Origin: Moraxella nasicaprae
GTDB lineage: Bacteria > Pseudomonadota > Gammaproteobacteria > Pseudomonadales > Moraxellaceae
Assembly (NCBI RefSeq): GCF_025643275.1
Contig: NZ_CP089977.1
Location: 1,350,001 to 1,382,000, forward strand
Length of the DNA: 32,000 bases
Direction of reading: 5' to 3'
Shown here: in pieces, positions 22,070 through 28,883 of the stretch
Layout: each line of letters begins with the position of its first letter
Position numbering within the stretch: the first letter of the stretch is position 1
Made by a program: the position numbers and the translations under genes
Notes under the pieces: model-generated
What the model saw: the letters and a program-made list of their open reading frames with translations, nothing else
Databases searched by the model: none
Told to the model about the DNA's origin: nothing

Positions 22070-22097
22070 AAAACCCCAAATTTAGGTTTGGGGTTTT
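22070..22097. terminator. Bidirectional terminator (glcB and the 3-TM protein gene)
   Basis: AAAACCCCAAA (22070-22080) pairs with TTTGGGGTTTT (22087-22097). T-runs follow on both strands. Confidence 0.85.
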
Positions 22098-22099
22098 TA

Positions 22100-22453
22100 T
22101 TATAAATACCTTACAAAATAACTAAAAAATGCCAGCGTACATAACATCGCCACCTTTACCACCATAAAAACAACCGTCATAATAATCACAGACGATGACT
22201 TTGCTTTTTGGTGGTCAATCTGATAAGACAGCAAACTAAAATAAAGCAAATACAGCACAATAAAACCGATAAGCATGGCGATAAAAGTCTCTGTGATAAC
22301 AGCAATACCCTTTTGTACTACCCAATCAGGCAGATGAGAATCGCCAAAATACCATTCAATCGTATCATAAGACAATCCCCAAAATAACAAAACATCAAGA
22401 GTGATAAATAAACACACACCCCAAAATGAGCATAAAAATTTTGCCAGTTTCAT
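22100..22453 (-). CDS. Small hypothetical membrane protein (about 3 TM segments)
   Basis: 117 aa. AAGGG SD upstream. Three long hydrophobic segments. I recognise no family. The region is AT-rich. Confidence 0.6.
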   Translation of the reverse strand: MKLAKFLCSFWGVCLFITLDVLLFWGLSYDTIEWYFGDSHLPDWVVQKGIAVITETFIAMLIGFIVLYLLYFSLLSYQIDHQKAKSSSVIIMTVVFMVVKVAMLCTLAFFSYFVRYL

Positions 22454-22546
22454 CAGTTGCCCTTATAATTTGGCAAGCCACGAACTTACCCCAAAGCCAT
22501 TTAATGGATTGTAATAATCCCAAATGTTGGCTTTGGGGTTTGCCCA
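22432..22546. repeat. Copy R1 of an approximately 115-bp direct repeat (terminator-like hairpin + promoter region + SD + first 7 codons MKLAKFL)
   Basis: R1 shares an identical 22-mer, ATAAAAATTTTGCCAGTTTCAT (22432-22453), with 23433-23454. The flanks are alignable but diverged, out to a degenerate CCCAAA/TTTGGGG hairpin at 22516-22540. Confidence 0.7.
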
Positions 22547-22561
22547 AATGAAGTGGTGATG

Positions 22562-23326
22562 TTAATTGATGCGCATGTTACTCACACCGCCATTTAAAGT
22601 AATAGGCAATGAGATGGGCAAAAACAAAATATCGCCCACAAGGGCAAATGGCAGTGCCAAAGGCAGTAACAAAGAACCTCCAAGCATTTTTGTTTTATCG
22701 GCTACTTGACGGTCAATGCCAAATTGATAGGGCTTGCTAAGTGGTTTGGCGGTTTGTAATAAGGCTTTGGTAGAAGCGTTATGCTGATAAACCTTGCCTG
22801 AGAAGTTGGCAAAAAATTCATAATGCTGTCTGCCTGCACCATTATCTGTATGGCTGTAATTGTGATGTAGGGCAAACCCTGCTTTTTGAAATTCAGCAAA
22901 CTCTTGGGCATTATCATATTGATACCAAAACATTGCCGAAAAATTAAAAGTGCCATCACGATAATAAGAGATTTTATGGCGTGTTTCATCGCCTATACCA
23001 TTGCCACCTGCAATCTCCCAATGATATTTGAGTTTTAAAAAGTTGGGATTGGTGAGCATTTTTTTAAGTCGCTGTGTACTGTCGTTATCATCAAAGACAT
23101 AGGCATATCTTTGACCAAGCATCACAAGCTGACCGTCTTGATGAATCACAAAACCTGCCAAGCTGTCTTGTTCTTTGACAGTTTTTGTGGGCAGATTTTT
23201 GATGTCTTTTGTGGGCGGATTTTTGATGTCCTGTGCTATATCTGTAATCAGAGCGTGCGTGCAACCTGTCAGGGCTAAGATACTTGACAAAATGGCGGTC
23301 AGAACCAAAGATTTTAAAGGTTTCAT
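22562..23326 (-). CDS. Hypothetical lipoprotein with a C-terminal hydrophobic, Pro-rich tail
   Basis: 254 aa. Signal peptide with lipobox LALTGC. AAGGA SD. Tandem DIKNPPTK/DIKNLPTK linker. C-terminal sequence GGSLLLPLALPFALVGDILFLPISLPITL. I recognise no family. Confidence 0.7.
   Translation of the reverse strand: MKPLKSLVLTAILSSILALTGCTHALITDIAQDIKNPPTKDIKNLPTKTVKEQDSLAGFVIHQDGQLVMLGQRYAYVFDDNDSTQRLKKMLTNPNFLKLKYHWEIAGGNGIGDETRHKISYYRDGTFNFSAMFWYQYDNAQEFAEFQKAGFALHHNYSHTDNGAGRQHYEFFANFSGKVYQHNASTKALLQTAKPLSKPYQFGIDRQVADKTKMLGGSLLLPLALPFALVGDILFLPISLPITLNGGVSNMRIN
23183..23230. repeat. 2 x 24-bp in-frame tandem repeat inside the lipoprotein gene
   Basis: TTTTGTGGGCAGATTTTTGATGTC (23183-23206) and TTTTGTGGGCGGATTTTTGATGTC (23207-23230) differ at one position. 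Confidence 0.9.
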
Positions 23327-23454
23327 TAGGCATCCTTTTTAATGATGATGTCGTATGATAAATTAAATTTTGCGTTTAGTAAAGATATTGGGCGGTCATC
23401 GGTACTTGATGTCAAAAATATGCCAAACTCAAATAAAAATTTTGCCAGTTTCAT
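23326..23454 (-). pseudogene. 42-codon ORF (MKLAKFLFEFGIFLTSSTDDRPISLLNAKFNLSYDIIIKKDA): remnant or short paralogue of the 3-TM protein gene 5' end
   Basis: It uses the same SD context and the same first 7 codons as the gene at 22100-22453. Its TAA overlaps the lipoprotein ATG (TAATG). It is below the 60-aa cutoff of the ORF track. Confidence 0.3.
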
Positions 23455-23556
23455 TAGCTTCCCTATAACTTAGCCAACCACAAATTCATGCCTAAGACAA
23501 TCAGCAAGGCAAGCAATTGATTGTAAAAAACCCCAAATTCAGGTTTGGGGTTTTGG
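23433..23556. repeat. Copy R2 of the approximately 115-bp direct repeat
   Basis: See R1. The hairpin here is intact and nearly identical to the one at 22070-22097. Confidence 0.7.
23522..23555 (-). terminator. Rho-independent terminator of the hydrolase gene
   Basis: AAAACCCCAAA (23527-23537) pairs with TTTGGGGTTTT (23544-23554). T6 follows on the minus strand. Confidence 0.8.
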
Positions 23557-23557
23557 T

Positions 23558-25018
23558 CTAGGGCTTGGCACAAAACAAGAGTTTATCGCCAAAATCGCTC
23601 TTGGGGTCAAGCAAATAGCGACTGACATAGTCGTCCACACAGGCGTTTGTGCCAAACAAACTTGCCGTATGCCCCTGCTGACCTGATAGCACAATCAGGG
23701 GATCATCAAACTTAGTCGCCATCGTCTGGGCATTGGCATAGGGGGTGGCAAGGTCAAATTCATAAGAGACAAACAATAGATTGGGTGTGTTTTCATTAAC
23801 CAAGTTTTCAGTCAAATCATCGGTTGCCTGATGTCCCCAATAATAACAACTGTCCAAATAATCCTCATCGGCTCGCTCCTTAATGTCATCATAGCGTGCC
23901 TGTGCATCAATGTACTTGGCGTGCTTGATGTAGTCATCCCGACTCATCATTGGGGCGGAGTCGGCACAGTTTACCAATGCCAAAGCATCATTACTAAATT
24001 CTATCTCATTGAACTTGACAAAGAATTTTTGTTCACTATAAACTTCTGTCTCCCCCGCAAGCAAATCCTCAAACATCACCGCCATAAGCCCCCAATGTTC
24101 CTCGTTATTCAGATTGTCATTAAAAACAGACAGTAAGGCTTTTTTGTCAATGATTTCATCATCACGGTCTTTTAGCCCTTTATTTTCAATCTCTGTCAGC
24201 ACCGCCAAAAAAGCGGTATTGGGGTCTTTTTGGCGGTCAAAAGCACAATTCTTACACCAGTCCATAAAGCGTTCAAAGGCGATTTGGGCGTGTTTGTATT
24301 GGTTGGTTAAAATGGTCGGTAAATCCTCTGCTGTATCCACCACTCCGTCCGCCACGCCTGCTCGTAGGTGGGCAGGATAATGCTCGGCATATTTGGCAAC
24401 CAGTTTTGTGCCATAAGAGTAGCCCACCATTGACCAAGTGTCGTTTTGTAATGCTTGACGGATACTGTCCAAATCCATCACCACTTCTTTTGAGCTGACA
24501 AAGGGCAAAATATCCGCCCCTGTATGCTGTATGCAAGCGTCCATATAGGCTTTGGCATTGCCCTCTTCTTCTACCCCACCGCAGTCAATGGCAGGAGTGG
24601 AGGGCTTAACCCCTCGTGGGGCATAGCCTAGGATATGAAAACGCTCTTTGATGGCTTGGCTGTATTCATCAGACCCCATCATCGTACTCATATCAAGACT
24701 ATGACCGCCCGGCCCACCACTAAGGAGTAACAAATCGCCAACAATGTCATCGCCTGTGGCTGGCAGGCGTGTCAAGGGAATGGTAAAGTGCTTGCCGTCA
24801 GGCTTGGCATAATCCACAGGCACAGACAAAGTGGCACATTGTAAACTGGTGGGTGGTGGTAGGATAAACCACGACCAGTAAGCGGGGCGATAGCACGACT
24901 GCCAAGTGATGTCGCCTTGTTTGGTGGATTGGGAGATGAGGTAGAGATAAAAGACAAACAGAACAAGAAAAACGACAGCAAAAAACAAAGCGGTGTATTT
25001 AAAAAAGGTTTTTAGCAT
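23558..25018 (-). CDS. Membrane-anchored alpha/beta hydrolase, S33 tripeptidyl-aminopeptidase (TAP)-like
   Basis: 486 aa. N-terminal TM anchor (ALFFAVVFLVLFVFYLYLI). Oxyanion motif LSGGPGGHS. Nucleophile elbow GYSYG. C-terminal TAP-type block EFDLATP ... GHTAS. Confidence 0.8.
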   Translation of the reverse strand: MLKTFFKYTALFFAVVFLVLFVFYLYLISQSTKQGDITWQSCYRPAYWSWFILPPPTSLQCATLSVPVDYAKPDGKHFTIPLTRLPATGDDIVGDLLLLSGGPGGHSLDMSTMMGSDEYSQAIKERFHILGYAPRGVKPSTPAIDCGGVEEEGNAKAYMDACIQHTGADILPFVSSKEVVMDLDSIRQALQNDTWSMVGYSYGTKLVAKYAEHYPAHLRAGVADGVVDTAEDLPTILTNQYKHAQIAFERFMDWCKNCAFDRQKDPNTAFLAVLTEIENKGLKDRDDEIIDKKALLSVFNDNLNNEEHWGLMAVMFEDLLAGETEVYSEQKFFVKFNEIEFSNDALALVNCADSAPMMSRDDYIKHAKYIDAQARYDDIKERADEDYLDSCYYWGHQATDDLTENLVNENTPNLLFVSYEFDLATPYANAQTMATKFDDPLIVLSGQQGHTASLFGTNACVDDYVSRYLLDPKSDFGDKLLFCAKP

Positions 25019-25200
25019 ACAAGTCCTACAAAAAAGGAAATATTATAACACAAAACATAATTCCTTATAAAGTAGATGGAATTTGTGGCATTAGAGAGGC
25101 TTATCAAGAGCCAAAAGTATGACAAATAGGGTGTTGGGCGTGATGCAAATACGAGGATTTTTTGTATAATAGCTTCATCAATGATTTTGGGTGTGATGAC

Positions 25201-26037
25201 ATGAGACAGATTTTTGTGATGGCATGTATGGCGATGATGAGCTTGCTGATGGCGTGCAGCTCCAATCAACTACTGATTAATCAAAGCCATCGTTCGCTTG
25301 GGCAGTCTTTGCGAATTGAATACATCATCGTGCATTATACTGCCGAAAATGATGCCAATTCTTTGGCGGTACTGACCAAAGGTCAAGTCAGCAGCCATTA
25401 TCTGATTCCGTCAGACCATAATCCTGTCATTTATCAGTTGGTTGATGATGACAAAAAAGCATGGCACGCAGGCAATAGTCAATTTCACGGCAAAACTGCC
25501 TTAAACGGCATTTCTTTGGGGATTGAAATTGTTAATGCAGGCATATTGCCAGAGTATCTGTCTTATCGTGGCTATCGACCGCAGTTGCATTTTGTGGCGT
25601 ATCAAGCTGGACAAATTGACAAAGTGGGCAGACTGTTACAACAGCTTAGTAAAAAATACGCCATCGCACCGCAAAATATTTTGGCACATTCAGACATTTC
25701 GCCTTCTCGCAAAATTGACCCAGGGGCAAAATTTCCTTGGCAATTTTTATATCAAACCTATGGCGTGGGGGCGTGGTATGATGAACAAGATAAGCAGGAT
25801 TTCATGCGACAACTGGACGAATATCCGCAGGATTTGGACGACATTGCCAAGATTAAACAGGAGTTTCGCCACTATGGCTATGCGATGAATCATACAGAGG
25901 AATGGGATAGAGCCAGCCAAGATGTGATTTATGCGTTTCAGCTGCATTTTCGCCCCCAAAATCCCACTGGTGTGCTGGATATAGAGACTTTGGCGATTTT
26001 GCGGGCGTTGAATAAAAAATATCAAAAACTCCCCTAA
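25201..26037 (+). CDS. amiD: N-acetylmuramoyl-L-alanine amidase, AmiD/AmpDh2-like lipoprotein (amidase_2 family)
   Basis: 278 aa from the ATG at 25201. Lipobox LLMAC. Motifs IVHYTA, AWHAG, GIEIVN, HSDISPSRKIDPG and the C-terminal AFQLHFRP..GVLDIETLAIL. TATAAT at 25165-25170. Confidence 0.85.
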   Translation: MRQIFVMACMAMMSLLMACSSNQLLINQSHRSLGQSLRIEYIIVHYTAENDANSLAVLTKGQVSSHYLIPSDHNPVIYQLVDDDKKAWHAGNSQFHGKTALNGISLGIEIVNAGILPEYLSYRGYRPQLHFVAYQAGQIDKVGRLLQQLSKKYAIAPQNILAHSDISPSRKIDPGAKFPWQFLYQTYGVGAWYDEQDKQDFMRQLDEYPQDLDDIAKIKQEFRHYGYAMNHTEEWDRASQDVIYAFQLHFRPQNPTGVLDIETLAILRALNKKYQKLP

Positions 26038-26054
26038 TTTGGCAATCAGGGGAG
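26022..26054 (-). terminator. Terminator of the ureohydrolase gene, overlapping the amiD stop codon
   Basis: CTCCCCT (26029-26035) pairs with AGGGGAG (26048-26054). T5 follows on the minus strand. Confidence 0.6.
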
Positions 26055-26061
26055 CTGGGTG

Positions 26062-27018
26062 TTAGCGTTGCTCAATCAGTTTGACCGCTTCGCCAAGCAG
26101 GGCAAAGATGGTTTGATGCTTATCGGTGTCATCATCAAGCGTTGGGTTAAACTCAGTAATTTCAAAGAGTTTGACATTTGGCAAAGATAATAATGCACCA
26201 AAAATTTGTTGCATTTCATCGGCACTATAACCATTTGGCTCAGGTGTGCCTGTGGCTGGGATTAGGCTGCTGTCCAGTGAATCCACATCAAAACTGACAT
26301 ACACAGCGTCCAAACAAGCCAGTTCTTTGGTCAGATTTTCCAAAATCTGTGTCAATGATAATTTTTCATGTGCATCTTGGAACTTTTCGCCTTTGGCATT
26401 GTATGCAAAAATATCATGCGTGTGTAGCAGATGTTCTTCGGGTGGCTCATGGCTACGCAATCCCAAAAAATACAGATTTTGTGTGGTAAAGTTGTCTGTT
26501 TTGGCAAGCTGTTTTAGGCTATTCCAGCCAGCAACCGCCTCATCATTAGGTGTCGCAACTTGGCAGTCTAGATTGTCCAAACCCAAACTTGCTGCCAAAG
26601 GCATGCCGTGCATATTGCCCGATGGCGTGGTAAAAATCGAGTGCAAATCAGCGTGTGCATCAATCCACACCACACCCACTTTGGCGTCTTGATGATGATT
26701 GCGAAATGCTGCCAAATTACCCATGGCGTTAGAATGGTCGCCGCTGATGATGATTGGAAAATCACCTTGTTGCTGGCAATCATCAAGGGCGGTTGTCACA
26801 TTTGGCAGTAGGTTGTTTTGAAAAAAAGGCACCAGATATTCTAAATATTTGGCACTGGGGTGCTGCGGGGTGATTGGCTGATATTGTGCCTGAATTTTAT
26901 GCACTTTACTGTCTGGGCGAATTTTTTCACAATACTCAGATAGCATTGCCACGCCGTGCGTTGTGCCGTGCTTGCCTGCACCGATGTCCGAATATACTTC
27001 GATGAATTGAACTGTCAT
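26062..27018 (-). CDS. Arginase-family ureohydrolase (arginase/formimidoylglutamase/agmatinase superfamily), substrate unknown
   Basis: 318 aa from the ATG at 27018, which sits behind AAGGAAG. The Mn-ligand motifs are all present: SGDHS, IDAHADLH and SFDVDSLD. Confidence 0.8.
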   Translation of the reverse strand: MTVQFIEVYSDIGAGKHGTTHGVAMLSEYCEKIRPDSKVHKIQAQYQPITPQHPSAKYLEYLVPFFQNNLLPNVTTALDDCQQQGDFPIIISGDHSNAMGNLAAFRNHHQDAKVGVVWIDAHADLHSIFTTPSGNMHGMPLAASLGLDNLDCQVATPNDEAVAGWNSLKQLAKTDNFTTQNLYFLGLRSHEPPEEHLLHTHDIFAYNAKGEKFQDAHEKLSLTQILENLTKELACLDAVYVSFDVDSLDSSLIPATGTPEPNGYSADEMQQIFGALLSLPNVKLFEITEFNPTLDDDTDKHQTIFALLGEAVKLIEQR

Positions 27019-27502
27019 TGTTGCTTCTTCCTTTGATAATGAAATACGCACGGATTGTAGGTAAATTATGTCTGTTAGTCAAGCAAATTATCATTTTTCT
27101 TGCCCAGCTTTTGACCAAATTTTTTTATGACTCATTCACTGGTGGTGCAATGACATCAGCAGATAAATCAACATCATTGCTTGCTTGGTTGGTGGTATTT
27201 TGTAAAAAAGTATCTTTTGGGTATTGCAGGTTGGTTTGAGTGTCTGTGTCCTGCCTATTTTTCTTGATTGGTGGATTATTGCAAGGCAGGATAATTAGGA
27301 AACAAGTCTTGTTCCAGCCTTGCTTTTGTCAGTTAAAACCGATTTCTTTTTGCGTTTCAAAAGCAATAATCGCACCCAAAGATATTGCTAAAAAGAGGTG
27401 GCTAAATAGAATAGATGGTCATCATTTTGGTATCATCAAATGGTTGTTTTGATTGATGGGCGTGATGAATGCTGGGTTTGATATAATGTTAGGGCATGAT
27501 TG

Positions 27503-27541
27503 AAAAACCTGCCCTTTGCCAACTTGTTGGTCGGCAAAGGG
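27503..27541 (-). terminator. Rho-independent terminator of nagZ
   Basis: CCCTTTGCC (27512-27520) pairs with GGCAAAGGG (27533-27541). T5 follows on the minus strand. Confidence 0.75.
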
Positions 27542-27549
27542 TGTGCGGT

Positions 27550-28623
27550 TTAGCCAAGTTGATAATTGGTGGGGTCTTTTTCATCTTGACTGACTGTTTG
27601 GGCAAAAAAAGCGTTTTGAACATTGGTTTTGGCGGTTTGCCAATAAGCAAATTGTTGGCAGGTGCTTTCTAGGGAACCTTGCCAAGCAGGGATTTTACCT
27701 TTCATTCGCCCAAAGCGTTGATGGCTTGGCGTATCGATTTGTTTGGCGGCTTCGATGGCGATTAACGCACCTGCTCTATCATTGCAGACCAAAGCCATGT
27801 CGCAGCCTGCCTCAATCGCTGCCTTGACTCGTGCGTCCACACCACCTGCGATATGAGCAGCTTTCATGTTCAAATCATCAGAAAACAGCACGCCATCATA
27901 GCCCAATCGACCACGCACGATGTCTTGTAGCCAAATCGATGAGAAGCCAGCGGGTTTGTCATCAATTTGTTTAAAAATAACATGGGCAGGCATTAAGGCA
28001 TCAAGTTTATCTAGCGTTTGGATAAAAGTTTTGGTGTCAAATTCCCAAATCTCATCAAAAGAACGCTCGTCCACCGCATCTGCCACATGAGAGTCAGGAG
28101 CGATAGAGCCGTGTCCTGGAAAGTGCTTGCCTGTGGTCGCCATGCCAGCGTCTTTCATGCCGTCCATGAAGTGTGACGATAGTGTGATGATGACTTGGGG
28201 GTCGTGATGAAAGGCTCTATCGCCAATCACCAGACTGACACCGTTGATGTCTAGCACAGGAGCAAAACTGATGTCCACGCCCACCGCCAAGACTTCGCTT
28301 GCCATCAGATAGCCACAATCATAGGCAAGCTGGCAAGCCTGTTTGGGGTCGTTGTCATAAAGTTCGCCAAGTTTGCCCATGGCAGGTAGTGGCGAAAAAC
28401 CCTCACGAAAGCGAGCCACACGACCACCTTCTTGGTCGGCAGCAATCAGTAAATTAGGATTGACTGCTCGCATACTGTCGGTCAGGGCTCGCACCTGTGC
28501 TGGGCTTTCGACATTGCGAGCAAATAAAATCATGCCACCCACTTCACGACAAGCAAGCAAAGCCTTATCATCGTCATCAAGTGTTTTGCCAGCCACATCA
28601 GCCATAATAATGCCATCAGCCAT
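27550..28623 (-). CDS. nagZ: Beta-N-acetylhexosaminidase (GH3, peptidoglycan recycling)
   Basis: 357 aa. GGMILFARN, AADQEGGRVARFREGF and KHFPGHG are collinear with E. coli NagZ. AGGA lies 7 nt upstream of the ATG. Confidence 0.92.
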   Translation of the reverse strand: MADGIIMADVAGKTLDDDDKALLACREVGGMILFARNVESPAQVRALTDSMRAVNPNLLIAADQEGGRVARFREGFSPLPAMGKLGELYDNDPKQACQLAYDCGYLMASEVLAVGVDISFAPVLDINGVSLVIGDRAFHHDPQVIITLSSHFMDGMKDAGMATTGKHFPGHGSIAPDSHVADAVDERSFDEIWEFDTKTFIQTLDKLDALMPAHVIFKQIDDKPAGFSSIWLQDIVRGRLGYDGVLFSDDLNMKAAHIAGGVDARVKAAIEAGCDMALVCNDRAGALIAIEAAKQIDTPSHQRFGRMKGKIPAWQGSLESTCQQFAYWQTAKTNVQNAFFAQTVSQDEKDPTNYQLG

Positions 28624-28883
28624 AATATTTTCCTAAGTATTTGAAAAGTTTGGCATATTATAAGGGAAATTTTGGGCAAATGTGGGGGAATTTTTACCCA
28701 AAATTGGTCAATTCTTGCTCGATTTTGGATAAATCCACTTTGTTTGTAACAAAAAAGTCAGACTTTCTACAAAAACAATTCACACAAGCAAAAAACTTTT
28801 GGTAAATTTGTGATAAGATAGCAAAACACTTATGATTAGGTGAATTGATTTTCATTTGCCAATAACACATTACAGGAATGATT

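Noticed and set aside
27018-27452. Plus-strand ORFs at 27018-27239 and 27240-27452.
   Set aside because: The first overlaps the ureohydrolase start on the opposite strand. Neither has an SD or a protein-like sequence. The region is kept only as an unexplained spacer (see findings).
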